A stretch of DNA of 64,000 nucleotides. Origin: Oculina patagonica. Lineage: Eukaryota. Both the position numbers and the translations under genes were made by a program. The stretch is from positions 3,472,001 to 3,536,000 of the forward strand of contig NC_135763.1 of NCBI RefSeq assembly GCF_052425735.1, given 5' to 3'. Shown piece by piece: positions 1-13,430 of this stretch. Below the pieces are notes generated by a model, which saw nothing but the letters and a program-made list of their open reading frames with translations, was not told the origin of the DNA and did no database searches. Within the stretch, counting starts at the first letter, position 1; each line of letters starts with the position of its first letter.

Positions 1-174
1 CACATTCAAAACAACCATTCTCACATCCTTTTCACTTTTTTCTTGTGCCCCCATACATTTAAAGTTCTAGTGTATCCTTAGTCTAATGATAATACACCTG
101 AAGCTCAAGTGCTACCTGGTTAGGCTAATTAACATCTTCAGGGACTGATATTTCACATTTGATTTCCCCTCCAG

Positions 175-3100
175 TCAATGTGGAACCAAAGCCAAGAGAC
201 AGGGAGCCATCCTCCTTAAAATCCAGACCATTTAGATTCAAATGGTTGCATGGCAGCAAGAAGAAGAACCACAGTAGTGAGATTAAAAAGCAACCACTGG
301 AGAAGAAACCATCAAATCCTAGCAACAAGCAGGATTACGACATGCTGGCCTCGGCTATTAAAATGGGCGAGGAAGATCGCATGGCGCTGATGATCATGGT
401 TAAACAAGGGGAACTTACTGTAGAAGAAGCCGTTGAACAGTTAAAAAGGTTAGGAGTTAAAATGGCTGAACCCTTCTGCATAATATTTTCAATCCTGTTG
501 TTTCAAAATTGTTTGTTGACTGTCTGCCCAATTTACTGACTGGTGTATTTGATTGTTGATATAAAACAAAATTGATGTGTAATTTACAGATATGAAGAGG
601 ACTGCAAAAAAGATGATTGTTTAAAACCCAAAGTAAGTGCTTTAAATCATTTACACCTTACCGGTACTAAGAAAATAAGTCCATTTCTTATGTATCCAAG
701 GGAAATGATAACTGTTTAAAAAAATCAGGGAGTTTGAGAAATCAGGTGTAAAGTTGCAGTGTTGAACCAATATAATAAGGGAAACCCCTTTTTTATTCGA
801 GTTTTTGGAAGGTTCAAGAAATTTGAAAAATACTGAATACAATTTGATTGCTAAAATAAAGTAATTAGAGGAAAAAATTCCAGATTAATGATTTCCTTGG
901 TTTTAGAAATTTGGTCTGTTGTGTGGAGTGTTCATTACTACATTGTAGGATTTAATGAATTTCTAATGTGATTATTGAAACATTGATGAAATCTGAGGTG
1001 TTAAGCTGTATCTTAACATGCAATTTGTGATCAGAATTATCTGTGTTAACTTGCACTTTGTATTTGGAATTTTATCTTACTTTGTTTAGTTTTAAATGTG
1101 ATTGTTTTTTTCCCTTTTTTTCATCACTGCAGGGTGACTTTTCCAATCACGATGATGAAAAAAGCGGGAATAAACCAAAATTAAAACGTGGAATTTTTGG
1201 AAAGAGCACAAAGAGAAAGTCTAACAGTCGACCATCATCTGAGTTTATTGCAAGTGAAATGACAACCATGAGTGAAGAAGATAGGATCAACTTGATGAGA
1301 AATGTTAAGGCTGGAGAAATGAGTGTAGATCAAGCTCTCAAGCGGTTTATCAGGTACAAAATTAATTTCACTTGTAAAAATGACTATTTACTAATAACAA
1401 AGCATAGCTTTAGGTATCAGTATGTATACCTCAATTTCATGCAAAAATGAAAATAATTATTCTCTTTTTTTAAAACTTGTTAGGAAATTTTGTGGTCTTT
1501 CTTTTGCAATCGAAAAGAAAAGCTTTTTTCTGTTTCTGAGATAGAGGTAAAGAAAAGATTTTGAATTTGAAATTCCTGCAACTGAGCATTGACAAGTTAC
1601 TGTCATCGCTTATTTAATTCAATGGCAAACGTCACATGAGTCCCGCGTTTCACAACTTTTTCATGCAATCAGGCATCAATTTTCCGGTTGTCTTTAGTAT
1701 TTTCAATAGTTTCTAGGTTTTAGTATTTTATTCTGCGTTTCTACGGCTAAATTCTTGATATCTTCATGGAAACACAAAATGTTGTTTCTGTTTGAAACGG
1801 CCAAAGAATAATCAGTCATTTACCGCTTTATGGGCTGCCGAATTAGTCGCGATCGAGATTTTTAAAGCCTCACCACAAAAATGTGTTAATGTGAGGTGGT
1901 CAAATAATGAGGAAAACTGACCCTGTTAGAATATGACTGTGCTGTTCAGTAGCTTTCATTTGAATTGTAGGTTGTACACTAAAGATTCATCCAAAGATCT
2001 TCATCTTCAGCAACACCTACATGTACTACAGCCTGGTAAACAAAATAATAACTGTTTTTTTTTCTTGTTTGTTTTTTACTTAGCTATGAAGAGAAACACA
2101 AGAAATCTGATTCAGATGATACGGTAAGATTTAATTAACACCAGTAGTTTTGAGACACTGCACCAATCTCTGTATACAAAGCTTTGTCACCTGTAAAGAA
2201 TTTTTTCAGTCCAGTCTCAGGCTTTGTTTGAGAAATGTCTTATTTTGGCAAGCTACCTATACCGCAGGATTATTGTTATTTATAAAATGTTCGAGAAATT
2301 GCGCATGCCATGATTGGTCAATTGAACTTCATTATAATTCCATAAAGCATGCGGCTTACCACACGCGCTTGAGCACGCATAATTTCTTTAACATTTTATA
2401 AAAGAAATAGAAAACTTTCTCCTCTTGCATTGTTGCATTATATAAGCACTTGGGAATTTTTAAGAACACTCGAGAAGTGCGAGAAGCACTTCCCTCGTGT
2501 TCTTAAAAATTCCCACGTGCTTATATAACTCAACCCTGCACTCAGGTGCGTTTTTTATTTCACTAGTATGGAAGACAGACAAAAAGGACTTCCTGACTAT
2601 TATACTGTGTATGGGCATCATGTGAACTTGTTGAATTCCGGTAATAAGAATGAATATCAGCAATGAAGACTTACCTGTGTGCAGGGATATTAAAATAATA
2701 ATAGATATAGCCTCATTCTCCTGCATTTTCCTCCATTGCAAGCTGGTTCCAGTTCAATCAAAGAGTAAATGGACATGTACACAGATCGCAGAAATCATAA
2801 TGTCTTTACTATATTATATTTCTGTCTCTTTTTCACAATCAGCCTGTTAGAGAGTCACCCAGGTTGCCAAAGAGTGCTGGATTTTCCCGTATCAGTATCA
2901 AGAGAGTGTCTGGTGTCCTTTCATCATCCTTTAGGCTGCCTAGTACTGTTAATAATGAACCAAACGCCGTATTTTACACTGGTAAGTCAGACAAATCTTC
3001 CACATGCATGAATTCCTCAGTCAATAAGATTCAATTTTCAGCGATGGTGTTTATTTAATATTTACACATCGTAATATTTCTGAAGTGCTTTTTTGTTAAA

Positions 3101-6100
3101 ACTGGTCCAATGGATTACTTTATTATTTTTTTTAACTCAAAATGTTATCAACTAAAAACTAAATAGGGGTTTTACTTATTAGAACGCGTAGGGGAGGGGG
3201 TACTCCCTAAAGCGATTTTCCCAAAATTAAAAAAAAAAATTTTTAATATAATTATTATATAGCTAATATGGAAATAAACTTTCAGTAAATAGAACAAAGT
3301 CAGAAAGGATAATTGAAAGTGAATTGCAAATGTTAGAAAGTAGGTCCTCGTCAGGGAAATCAGTCATACATGTATTCTCCAGGATACCTGTGACCCTTGC
3401 TCTCTCCCAACCCTTCTTAATTGTTGCCTGACCTACTGACGTTGTCATATAGTTGAACAGGGCTACTGTATTTAATTTTGTATTCCTCTGTTGGGCGGGG
3501 GTATTAATTTAACGCATATTAAATTTGACTTAGACAAATTTTAGCGAGTACTTAATTTAGCGTTTTTGGCCCAACTCACTATATTCGCTTAGTAGCTGCT
3601 AACAATAGTAACCTTAAAGTAACTAACTTTCTTGTCGCTTGTAAGCAATAGAAACTAACCAATTTTCTTTGTGCTGGTACAGGAGAGGATGGTGCAAGTG
3701 CTGATGGCAGTGTGAGTTCAGGAGATGAGGTCCTGGGAGCTGACTCTTCCCCAGCCCCTTCTCCCAAGAGACTTTTGGCAAGCATTCAAGGCTTAAACAA
3801 GGTAAATGCCAAGAGTGATGAATAAAATATTTCACTTTTTTTATTTTGAGTGATCTGGCAGAAGATAAGCCAAGTAGTTTTATTCTTTGTTTCATGATCC
3901 CCTGCATCCAATCAGTTTTTGTTAGTTAGGTTTTGCACTTTGGAGCGCATGTGTTATTTAAAGTTGCCTTTAAGTCAAGTCTTTCGTGTTCATTTCAGTC
4001 TCAGCACAGCTCCTCTAGCAGTGTGGACAGCATGGAGAAAGTGGAGGAGAGACTGGCACCTAGCAATAACCCTCCGCACAGGCAGCCCAACTTTTTGTCA
4101 GAAATGAAAGTAGTGCTAGGAAAACAGGGTCAACCTGTTGATAACAAGACTGGAGAGGGAGGAGAAGGTACAGCTATGCGGGATGTTTTGATTCATGTTA
4201 GAGCAGTTTTCAATTGAGTGTCGTAAAACCAAAACCAAAGTAATCACTCTAGTCAATCACAAAGAACACAGACAATCCAGTGAGCCAATCAAAACTCGAA
4301 GCAAATACATGTAATATAGATGTAGATAGGCAAATACATGTAGCCAGCACGAAGCGCAGGAAAACGTGCACAAGCGCGTCACAATTGGTTTTGGTTTTAC
4401 TTCTGATTGGCTGAGAAAGTGGCGCGATGGTTTTAAACCAATCACAAAGCCTTAGCATTGTAATGCAAACCCAATGCAAACGCGAATTACTTTTGACACT
4501 CAATTGAAAACCGCTCTATCAACAGAAAACACTTTTTATTACAATAACTTTAACAAAGGCAGGTTTGAGCACTGGCCTAGGTGGTTGCATTGTGGTCTCA
4601 GGCAGGACATTTTTCTTTCACTTTTACATTCATATGTTTATTTAGTCATGCATTTTATGTATTTACAAGTTTATAGAATCAAGATTTTTCCTAATAATTT
4701 GTCACTAGCAAATTTTTTATTTTCTTATTCCGTGGCATACCGCAAGTCCCAGGAATATGATGGCAAGTTACTTTATTTGTTGTAACATGGCTTCTGTTGA
4801 ACTTTCTCTTCAGATGTGTTGCACCCAGTCCAAAAGCCGATTAGCGACACGTCAAACAAGCACGAGAAGCCCCGTCCACCCCTCCCTGACAGAAAAGCAT
4901 CACAACCTTTGATGGAGACACAGAAAGTTGTTCCTCCTCCTAATCCTGCAGCTTCCCCCAAAAGGGCCCCTCCTGATATTCCATCTAGACATGGGTCCAC
5001 AGTGGGGGTACCTCATAGGCTTCCACCTCCTATACCTGTACGACCAGGTCCCAAGAATACTGACGACCAGAGAAAGCCTCAAGTGAAGGCTTTGACAGAT
5101 GAAACTGAATCGAACGATTTTGAAGTGGATGTGACAACAAATCAAAGTATTGATGATCAGGCTTACCTTGAACCTGTTGAAATAACAAGTGCGGTGGTAA
5201 AAAGGCCAAGGAACAAACCGCCACCTTTACCTCCGCGTCCTACTAGTACATCAAGCGTTCACGAGGAATCTGAAACTAGTGACGCGCGCAGTGTAGAGAC
5301 ACAGACAAGTCCTCGGTCTCCTAAATCGACACAGCTCGACAAAGACTCAAAAACAGCAGCTTCCACTGAAGAGGTGTATAAAAAGCCTCCGAACCTTGAA
5401 GAGGTGTACAAAAAGCCGCCTCCAAAACCCGACGAGGTGTACAGAAAGCCTCGGAAACCCGAAGAGGTGTACAAAAAGCCTAACAACTCTGAAGAAGTGT
5501 ATAAAAAGCCTCCAAAACCCGAAGCGATTGATAAACCGCAGCTTAAACCCAAACCCAAGCCAAGACCACCCCCCAAAAGGACTCTAACTCCAGATAAACT
5601 GGATGAGCCGTACACAGAGGTACCCCCACCCCGCCCCGTGCGGGGGTCCACGGGGGGTACAAGGACTCGTGGTGAATCTAGCAACAACGGGTCGGAAACA
5701 AACATGAACAGAGAAGAAAGCAAACCCGTCAATGTGAAAAGAACTGAACCGAGAGTTTCACAGAATGAAGTAGAAAAAGGTTCGAACCTTAAGCAAGCTC
5801 CAGTCCCTGCGCCACGAATCAAACGAGCCTCGCACTCGTTAGGGGAAATGGTTGAAAGAAAGCTTCATATAGAGAACATCGATTTGACTCGGGAACCTTA
5901 CTCAGATAGCGTAAGTTGGAAACTTTTATTATGCATAAGAGTTTAATACGAAGGAAATTATTGAAATTTTGTCGTTAGAGAGATTAAGCATGGCGTTTAT
6001 TTTTTTCCGCGAACGGCAAAAATTTAACTTCTGCCGTCTGCCTTTTGGAGTTCGTACGCGGAAATGAGTAGTTTTGTTTTTGTCGTGAATGTGGGATTTT

Positions 6101-9100
6101 TTTCCTATTTTTATGAAGATTTATTTTAGAATTCGATAAAAAGGCAACAAAATTGAGAGCAAGCTCGCGTTTGCCATTTGCCGTAGTATAACGTCATCCC
6201 TATTCTCTGTATTATTTATTCCTTCTTTCCGCGTGAAGAATTAAGTGGAGGAGGTGTTGAGGTTTTCACAATTATCAAGTTACTAGTTGCACAATTATCA
6301 AGTTGAAGTTGTTTAGAATGAACAAAGCTCTGTAGCGAATTTGAAAGCTGACGTTTCGAAGTTCCGATTGTTATCCCCTCGCAAGAGCAAAATATGCAAA
6401 GCATGAACATTTTTGCTCCAACAAAAGGCAAACGCTTGAAACGTCCTCTTTTTTCAAATTCTCTACGGTGCTTTGTTTGTCCGCTGAGATGTTCGTTTGT
6501 CCGCTGAGATGAACTCGAGCGTCCTCAGGTGCACGAAGAGAATACAAAAACTGTAAGTAAGGGCCTGTTTATATGGATGAGATTTGTCCCTGGTAGGAGG
6601 GCTACCCTCTCCCCCGAGCTATCTTTTGCCGAGCGTTTATATGAAAAAGTTGTCCCTGTTGACCGAGCCAAAACTTGGCCCTCTCGGTTTAAAAGACTGG
6701 CAAGAGTTGTTTCGAAACATCTATTATGTCTGCCTTTTTTAAATAAGGAAAGCTGAAACATCGAGCACGACCATTTTTGGACAAATTTACCTCCGACTGC
6801 GATTTCAATGTATCTGCAATTTTGTTTTGGTCGACTGCAGTATTTGCGCATGCTCTGTATCTGTCAACTTGTCCCTGGTAGGCGAGGCGAAAATAACCAA
6901 ACTGTTTATATGGAAAAAAGTTGGCTCGCTCCTCAGGGTCACCCTACCTTCAAAGCGAGTGACCCTCCACCCAGGGTAGGGTCACCCTGCCCGCCCCCCC
7001 CCCCCCCGAGCTGTAAAGGGACTTGCGGGGGAATTGAGAGTAACCACTACGAGAATGAACTGTAAACACAACTTTATATACACTTTAACTGTAAACGAGG
7101 AGATGCAGACTCGACAAGAACTCAAGAAGAAGGAAGACTCGCGTTCGCTCGACTGTTGCCCGCTCCATGTGCTATGTCACGTGACTAATGTTTATCAGTC
7201 CCATAATTCCACTACAGAGCCAACTTTGCAATTTCTCATATAAACAGTTCGCAGCTATTTATAAAGAAACGTATGAAAAGCTCTCTCGCCCGGGGTGGCT
7301 CGGTATGGAGGGTAACCCTCCTACCAGGGACAACTCTCCTCCATATAAACAGGCCCTAAGTAGTAAGTATTTGCCCGCCGAGGCAGCACAAATAGTTTCG
7401 CCTAAACCAGATCGTCCTTTATTTTAACTTACCAAGACGTCTAACATAAGTGCGAAACCATCGTATTCGAGAGGTCCTAATTTGGGCCCTGGCCGAGGTC
7501 ATCGAGTTCTGTTGTGTCCTTGGGCAAAGATAGCGCAGTGGAGAGCAGGGATCGCTCCCCACCAGTGTGGCCCGGGTTCGATTCCTGGACCCGTCGTCAT
7601 ATGTGGGTTGAGTTTGTTGTTGGTTCTCGTCCTTGCTCCGAGGGTTTTTCTCCAGGCTCACCGGTTGTACTCCCTCCACCAAAACCAACACTTCTAAATT
7701 CCAATTCGATCGGGAATCCGAGGGCCACAGGTTTGTCAGTTGCAAGACTGTTACGTGCAACCCTCGCAAAAAAAAAAAAAAAACTCGATTAATTTTTTGT
7801 TAAGAAGTATAAATAGATACTGGAGAGATGCAGTATTACTGATAAGGTTTGCTCTTTAACAAATAAAAAAGCCTTGGCCTTGCTTTGTTCTGTTATAAAG
7901 CACGCAAGGAAGTGACGAGAGCACGAAAGAAGTGTAGGGTGAACACGAGCCGCAGGCGTGTTTCTCCCTACTTCTTGAGTGCTATCCACACTTCCTTGAG
8001 TGCTTTATAACAGAACAAAGCACGGCCAACCACGGCAGAATTTACAGTGTTTGTATAGGAATCCGACGGCAAATAATTTTTTTCAAAAATTGATTTCTGG
8101 AGAACTTATGAATCGCAACGTTAAGATACTAGGCAAAAGCTTTTATTCAACAAGGTTGAAGTATGTTGCTGGGCTAGAAAGCATTCATTTACGTTTTTGA
8201 TTTTCCATATATTTGTCTATAATTTTCCCCCCGAACCGTGTCAATTTGCAGAAAAAATATAGAAATACAGAAAATGTATAGCAAATTTAAAAGATAACTG
8301 GAGGCTTTTCAGCACAGCCACATCCGTCAAATCTGGAGAATACAATCCTAACCTTAGTATCCTAACTTTACGATTCATAAGTTAATCAGAATTTGATTTT
8401 TGAAAAAAAAAATGCCACCGGATTTCCATACAAACATTGTAAATTGTGACGGCGTTGCCTACTCGTCAAGATGGCGTCGAAATCCGTGATTAGGCCTATT
8501 GGTAAGAGTTTTTTTGTGTGTGTTTAGGATGGTTGCTGGGGTGTACCAATAAACCTTGTGGATCGATACGCTGAAGAACTTCACCGATCACATGAAGAAC
8601 TTGCTGTTATTTTGGAGAGAATTAGAGTTAGGAAGCTGAAGGAGGCTGGCCAGCAATTTGTAAGTGTTCGGACTACATCATACATTTGTTGTTTCAAGAG
8701 CTTTTCAATAGACCAATTGCGATATTTTAAAATTCAGCCTAAAACAATAGACATCACTACGAGGCTCTGGGGAATAAAGCCCACAAGCCCATAGTTTATA
8801 TTTAGTCCCCGGAGCCTCGTCCTGCGATCTATGCTTTAGGCTGAATTTTAATATATCGAAATGGGGCTATTGTGATTGCAGACTGTTAGTTTCTGTTAAT
8901 AGGCCGGTAACACTGGCATTTTAGTTGTAGCTCGAATTTTTAAAAGCTACAGTTGTGTTCCTACTTTAAAACATGAAAAGTGAAGCACGATTTTTGAATA
9001 AATTTTGTTGCCCCCGCTACATGTCCCGTCAGTGTGAATAACACATGATTTTGTCGCTGCGACATGACCCTCCGTCATGTCCCCACGTGTGCGGGCACCT

Positions 9101-9419
9101 TTAAGGCTAGTTTTTACCCAGTGTCTCGCTCGCTGTTAACAAGACTGTAAATTATATTTGCTGAATATTTTTTCTGCAGGTTCAGTGTAAAGTGTCAGAG
9201 TTAGATTTCACAAGAGATACGCCAGGGAACCTGGGAAGTCTCGAGGAGTGGCTGACGTCACTAGGGCTGCCCATGTACGTCAAGAGCTTAACTGAGGTGG
9301 AATATGACAACATGGAGGACATGCCTTATATGGAGGAAAGACACTTCCAGTATGCGGGCATATCGGACCCCAGGCACATGAGGCGCCTTTTGGAGTCAGT
9401 TGAGGAGATGCCCAGGTGA
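175..9419 (+). CDS. SASH1: SASH1-like SAM-domain adaptor protein, 5'-incomplete, 10 visible exons (~820 aa)
   Basis: Phase-compatible GT-AG exons: 175-448 (or from 142), 590-632, 1133-1353, 2084-2123, 2843-2981, 3683-3801, 3999-4167, 4814-5910, 8528-8659, 9180-9419 (TGA). 'ASEMTTMSEEDRINLMRNVKAGEMSVDQALKRFISYEE' resembles the SASH1 N-terminal '[29 protein letters not shown]' motif. '[29 protein letters not shown]...IRVRKL' plus the C-terminal SAM 'SLEEWLTSLGLPMY...AGISDPRHMRRLL' match the SASH1 C-terminus (from recall). Confidence 0.8.
4199..4518. mobile_element. ~290-bp MITE (TAGAGCAGTTTTCA terminal inverted repeats, TA target site)
   Basis: Terminal inverted repeats; same family at 29830, 43443 and 59041. 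Confidence 0.85.
6561..7356. mobile_element. PIF/Harbinger-type MITE
   Basis: TIR GGGCCTGTTTATATGGA / TCCATATAAACAGGCCC with TAA on both sides. Confidence 0.8.
7525..7783 (+). mobile_element. tRNA-derived SINE (V-domain-like centre) with poly(A) tail
   Basis: A-box-like TAGCGCAGTGG, B-box GGTTCGATTCC, central GAGTTTGTTGTTGGTTCTC...TTTCTCCAGG, terminal A-run. Confidence 0.7.
8707..8871. mobile_element. Small foldback MITE
   Basis: AATAGACC..TAAAATTCAGCCTAAA / TTTAGGCTGAATTTTA..GGCTATT inverted arms. Confidence 0.65.
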
Positions 9420-9649
9420 CAAGGAATAAGGCACCTTAGTATTCGCCCGGCTCTACGCGATTGTGTTCCTTGGGAGTCCTTATGGTAAATGGAGCCGTTT
9501 GGGTAACAGGCTTTGTGTTACAAAAAAAAAAGACACTGCAAGTCGGGTTAGGAGAGTAGAATAGTGCCGAAGACGATCGATGCTGCAGCTGAAAATTTTA
9601 AGCAAATTCTAATATCGAGAGTGTTTTACACGAATATTGCAATTAAGAT

Positions 9650-9655
9650 AATAAA
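9650..9655 (+). terminator. Candidate polyadenylation signal (AATAAA) of the SASH1-like gene
   Basis: AATAAA about 230 nt after the stop codon; a second one lies near 9813. Confidence 0.4.
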
Positions 9656-10267
9656 ATCTATGTAATTTCATTAAATTTGTATATAGACAATTGTAAATTC
9701 GACTCCGAGCAGCCGCCTCTTGTTAGGTAGTCAAGCAATGCGAGCGAAGCCAAAGACAGTGAATAGAGCAAGAAAGCTGTAATTTTAATTAAATGTTTAC
9801 TGTTGGTTAAACAATAAATTCACTCGTAGAGTATTAGCAGACTCGGACCCAGAGCTCTTTCTCGGCAAGAAATCGAGGGTCTGGGATCGAAAATGACATT
9901 GTTCCTAGACGAGAATGTTTCTTTTCCTTGCATGCCTGTTGTGAATTTTTCTATTAAACGTCGGTTTACGTTAAGTGACTGATACATCATCACTATTCTG
10001 TTTGTAAGAGAGATTTAAGTCACTCGTGAAACACTATCTTATGGTCGGTGTCTATTACACAGAAAAAAAAAAAACAGAAGAAAAACGAAGACTTAGCAGG
10101 GGCGGATTCAGAAAATGCCGAAAGAGGGGGCTGAAGAAATTGTGTTTTATCTGTTCCACTTTCAACCTAGTTAGTTTTGGGGGGTGGAACGTTTGTGTTT
10201 TTTGACACTTACGGCCTGTTGGCTTTAATATCATAACGTGCATATTTACCTTACATCTCTAAGAGAA

Positions 10268-10757
10268 CTGTTTACATGATTCCGGAATGACTTTCATTCC
10301 GAAACGAGTTCATTTCATCCCCATATATTTCTCTGTATCTGTTTACATGATACCGAGACGAAAGTCAAGTCATTCCGGTTTTCATCCCGGAATGAAATTT
10401 TCGTTCTGGTATGACATTTCATTCTAGTATCATGTAAACACAAAACGAATTTCGTTCCCAGATGAAACCGCATACAGGGGCCACAGTTTGAACTCAGAGC
10501 GAAGAAACATTATGGCGTGTCCTGTTTAGCCCAAAGAAGCAGCTCTATGGTCAAATTGTTCGTTAAAATTGCAAATATGAATAACATGTTCGCGCGAAAC
10601 CTGCGCCATCTTTGTTTTGGATCTCGCGAGAAAGCCACGCACGTGAAAACGCCTTAGGTTGAGCTGGTCGATTCTGTCATGTAAATGCAAAACGAACTTC
10701 ATACCGGAACGATTTTCGTTCCAGAATGAGTCATTCCGGAATCATGTAAACAGGCCC
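10268..10757. mobile_element. TIR non-autonomous DNA element
   Basis: CTGTTTACATGATTCCGGAATGA / TCATTCCGGAATCATGTAAACAG; relative at 31636-34415. Confidence 0.8.
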
Positions 10758-11569
10758 TGTTGACCGAGATACAAACGATTTTCTTCTCGCACACTGTATC
10801 CCCGACGAGAAACACGTCCGGCAGGGATTTTCATCCTGCTATCCGTGCAGTGTCTGTGATTGGCTGTTACTGACATGCAAACATTCAAACCAAATAACAA
10901 CCAATCAGAAACAGTTATGTCATCAGCGTGAGGGTTTTTTGTTGTCTCAGACGTCTATCTAGCGATACCCCGAGTATCGGGGCTTCCTAAGGGGAGGGGG
11001 AGGGTAGGGAAGGAAAGAGGAGAGGAAAAAAACACTGGAATAAAAAACTAATCATAAAAAACTGGAATAAAAGCGTCTGTGTCAGGCTTTTCTTTCCTTT
11101 CGCGCTTCTACTCTTTCTCCCTTCCCCTGTAGAAAAGCCTGATACTCAGGCTAATCTAGCGAGGGAAGAATTGACGGAAAGAGTGTTTACTCAGTCTCTA
11201 AATTCTCAAGACCTGCTTACTTGGCTTTTATTAATTTATTGAGGAGAATTTGTACGTTGATAGCGATATAATAATGCATTTACAATAAAGAGTACAAATT
11301 GAAATTGTTAACATGTTAAATTTCCTAAAATTGTAATTTCACTAGCTAAAGTTAAAATTTCTGACTCTAGGAAAAGCAAGTGAGCTCCCAAACAAACGGC
11401 AAACCGCTGTAACTTTAAAGACACGAAAAATTTCATCGTTGACAGCAATGTGTTTTATTTAACATAGGATTTCCCAAACGCAAAACACCGCGCCCATGAG
11501 AGATCAATGTCTGGATCTCGCCGAAGTTCAAATGGTGAAACATAAAACTTTTTATGGCTCACAAAATGA

Positions 11570-12026
11570 AATTTCTCAAATAAACGCCCCCGGCGTTTAT
11601 TTCAAACTTGGCTTCGTGAACCCGGCGTTTATTTGAAGCCGGCGTTTAATCGGGGCCCGGCGTTAATTAACGGACTGCAATTTTCTGCCAAATTTTCAGA
11701 CTGATTTATTGTTACCGATCTTCGAGACCAAGGGGCAGTTTGTCAAGGGGGACGATTTTTCTCTTCGTTCTGCCCCGAAAAAGTGTCCCTGGGTATCCAA
11801 AGGTGATTATTTCCCAAAGGTGCACTATTACGGATTGGATAGTTTATGTTTCAATCGAGATTTGTGACAAACAGAATATATTTACTTGTTAGCTTGACCT
11901 CAAATAAACGCCGGGACCTCGAACAAACGCCCCCGGCGTTTATTTAAAAACTAGCAATTTTGACCCGGCGTTTATACGAGGCCGGCGTTTAATCGGGGTC
12001 CGGCGTTTAATCGAGAAAATACGGTA
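11570..12026. mobile_element. Non-autonomous DNA element with CGGCGTTTA subterminal repeats
   Basis: Absent from the paralogous copy C region (~56770); relative at 51705-51957. Confidence 0.7.
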
Positions 12027-13430
12027 CTTATGTTCGAACTTGTGAGCGTTGTCAAGTTTATAGACTAACCGTTTTCGAGGAACAAGGGATCCCTTCGGCT
12101 CTCGGAAAGTCCTCATTGTATTGAGGTAACACATTTTTGTATCAACAGCTTTATCTTTTTTCCATAAAGAAGGTCGTAAACTGTTAGCGTGTACTTAAAA
12201 GTAGAAAACATTTTCCATGTTTCAAAAAATTTACAGGGGATTAACAGGGGAATCTCGGGAAATCTCAATCGAAGAGTCCGGGATAAAGGTTTTGTAAAGC
12301 TAATCTTGTTTATGCAAGTAAGTGTTTTTCTTTCACATCATAACTCGATTGTCACTTAGTTGTTTTGTTAATTTGAAACGAATTTGACGGAAGGGGGAGG
12401 GGGGGGGGGGGGAGATTCTATAAATGACACTGGCAGAAATCCTAGCCCTGCGTTTTAGGGGTTGAAAATTATGTTTTAGGGTGTTACTCTCCATATTTTC
12501 ACAGATGCTTTGTATCTCTTGTGGTTATTCTCAGTGCAAACAGCAACTAAACCTGCCTACTTTCAAGGAATGGTATCATTGCTTAGGACATGGTTATCGG
12601 CTGGCTAGTGTCAGTTATCTGACTAATTAATAAAACAGCCAATAATGGTACTTTTTAGGGTTTTAAAAAATTAAATGGCCCCTCCGACTGGTACCGAAGG
12701 AGTTTTTTCAGAATTCCGGCGAGCACCCCAATCACGTTTCGGTACAGCTGTATGGGAGTCTACCCTCCTCTCCCCCCACGAGATACAATTTGTTTTAGTA
12801 AAAGGAGAATAAAGCTTAAAAATTAGAGGAAAGCAGACCAACACAAGCGTTTCCATTTATACCCTTGTTTTATTGACACCATATCAGTGTTGTTATCCCA
12901 GCAGTTACAATTATCATCTACGACTTGTTTTGGCAGCAGTCTTTGATCTGTGTCCTGATTGCTTGCTTGCAAAGCTGTCGATCTTTCTGTGAAGAACAAA
13001 ATCAGGTCGTATCGTGACTCTCTGGAGTTATTAATGAATATATAGTATTTATTATTTATAATTAATTAATTTATTATTAATTAATAAATAAAATCTGAAG
13101 GAAAGGGAACTCCAAAAACTAATTCTCCTTCCTGATCGACTGGTCATTTCTTTTTACGCTACTTAGGAGAAATTGAAAGAACATCGAACACACTGACTTG
13201 CGCGCGTGACAGTTACTCGACAATCAATAACAAGGGATTCGCAACAATGTTCTGGGGAAATTGGCCTCTGTAAGGAAGCTAAGTTCAGCTAAGTTTTTCA
13301 CTATCGGATGAATATTTAGCTAGATAGGATGAAGTATTCTTTTAATGGAAACTGCTAGCAACTATCTTTATTCTGGTTATTTTACTGTTTTTAAAGAAAG
13401 CAGACTTACCGATCACAGATTTCTAGTTTC

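Noticed and set aside
5259-5822. 187-aa antisense ORF; likewise 52379-53044
   Set aside because: Shadow frames of real coding exons
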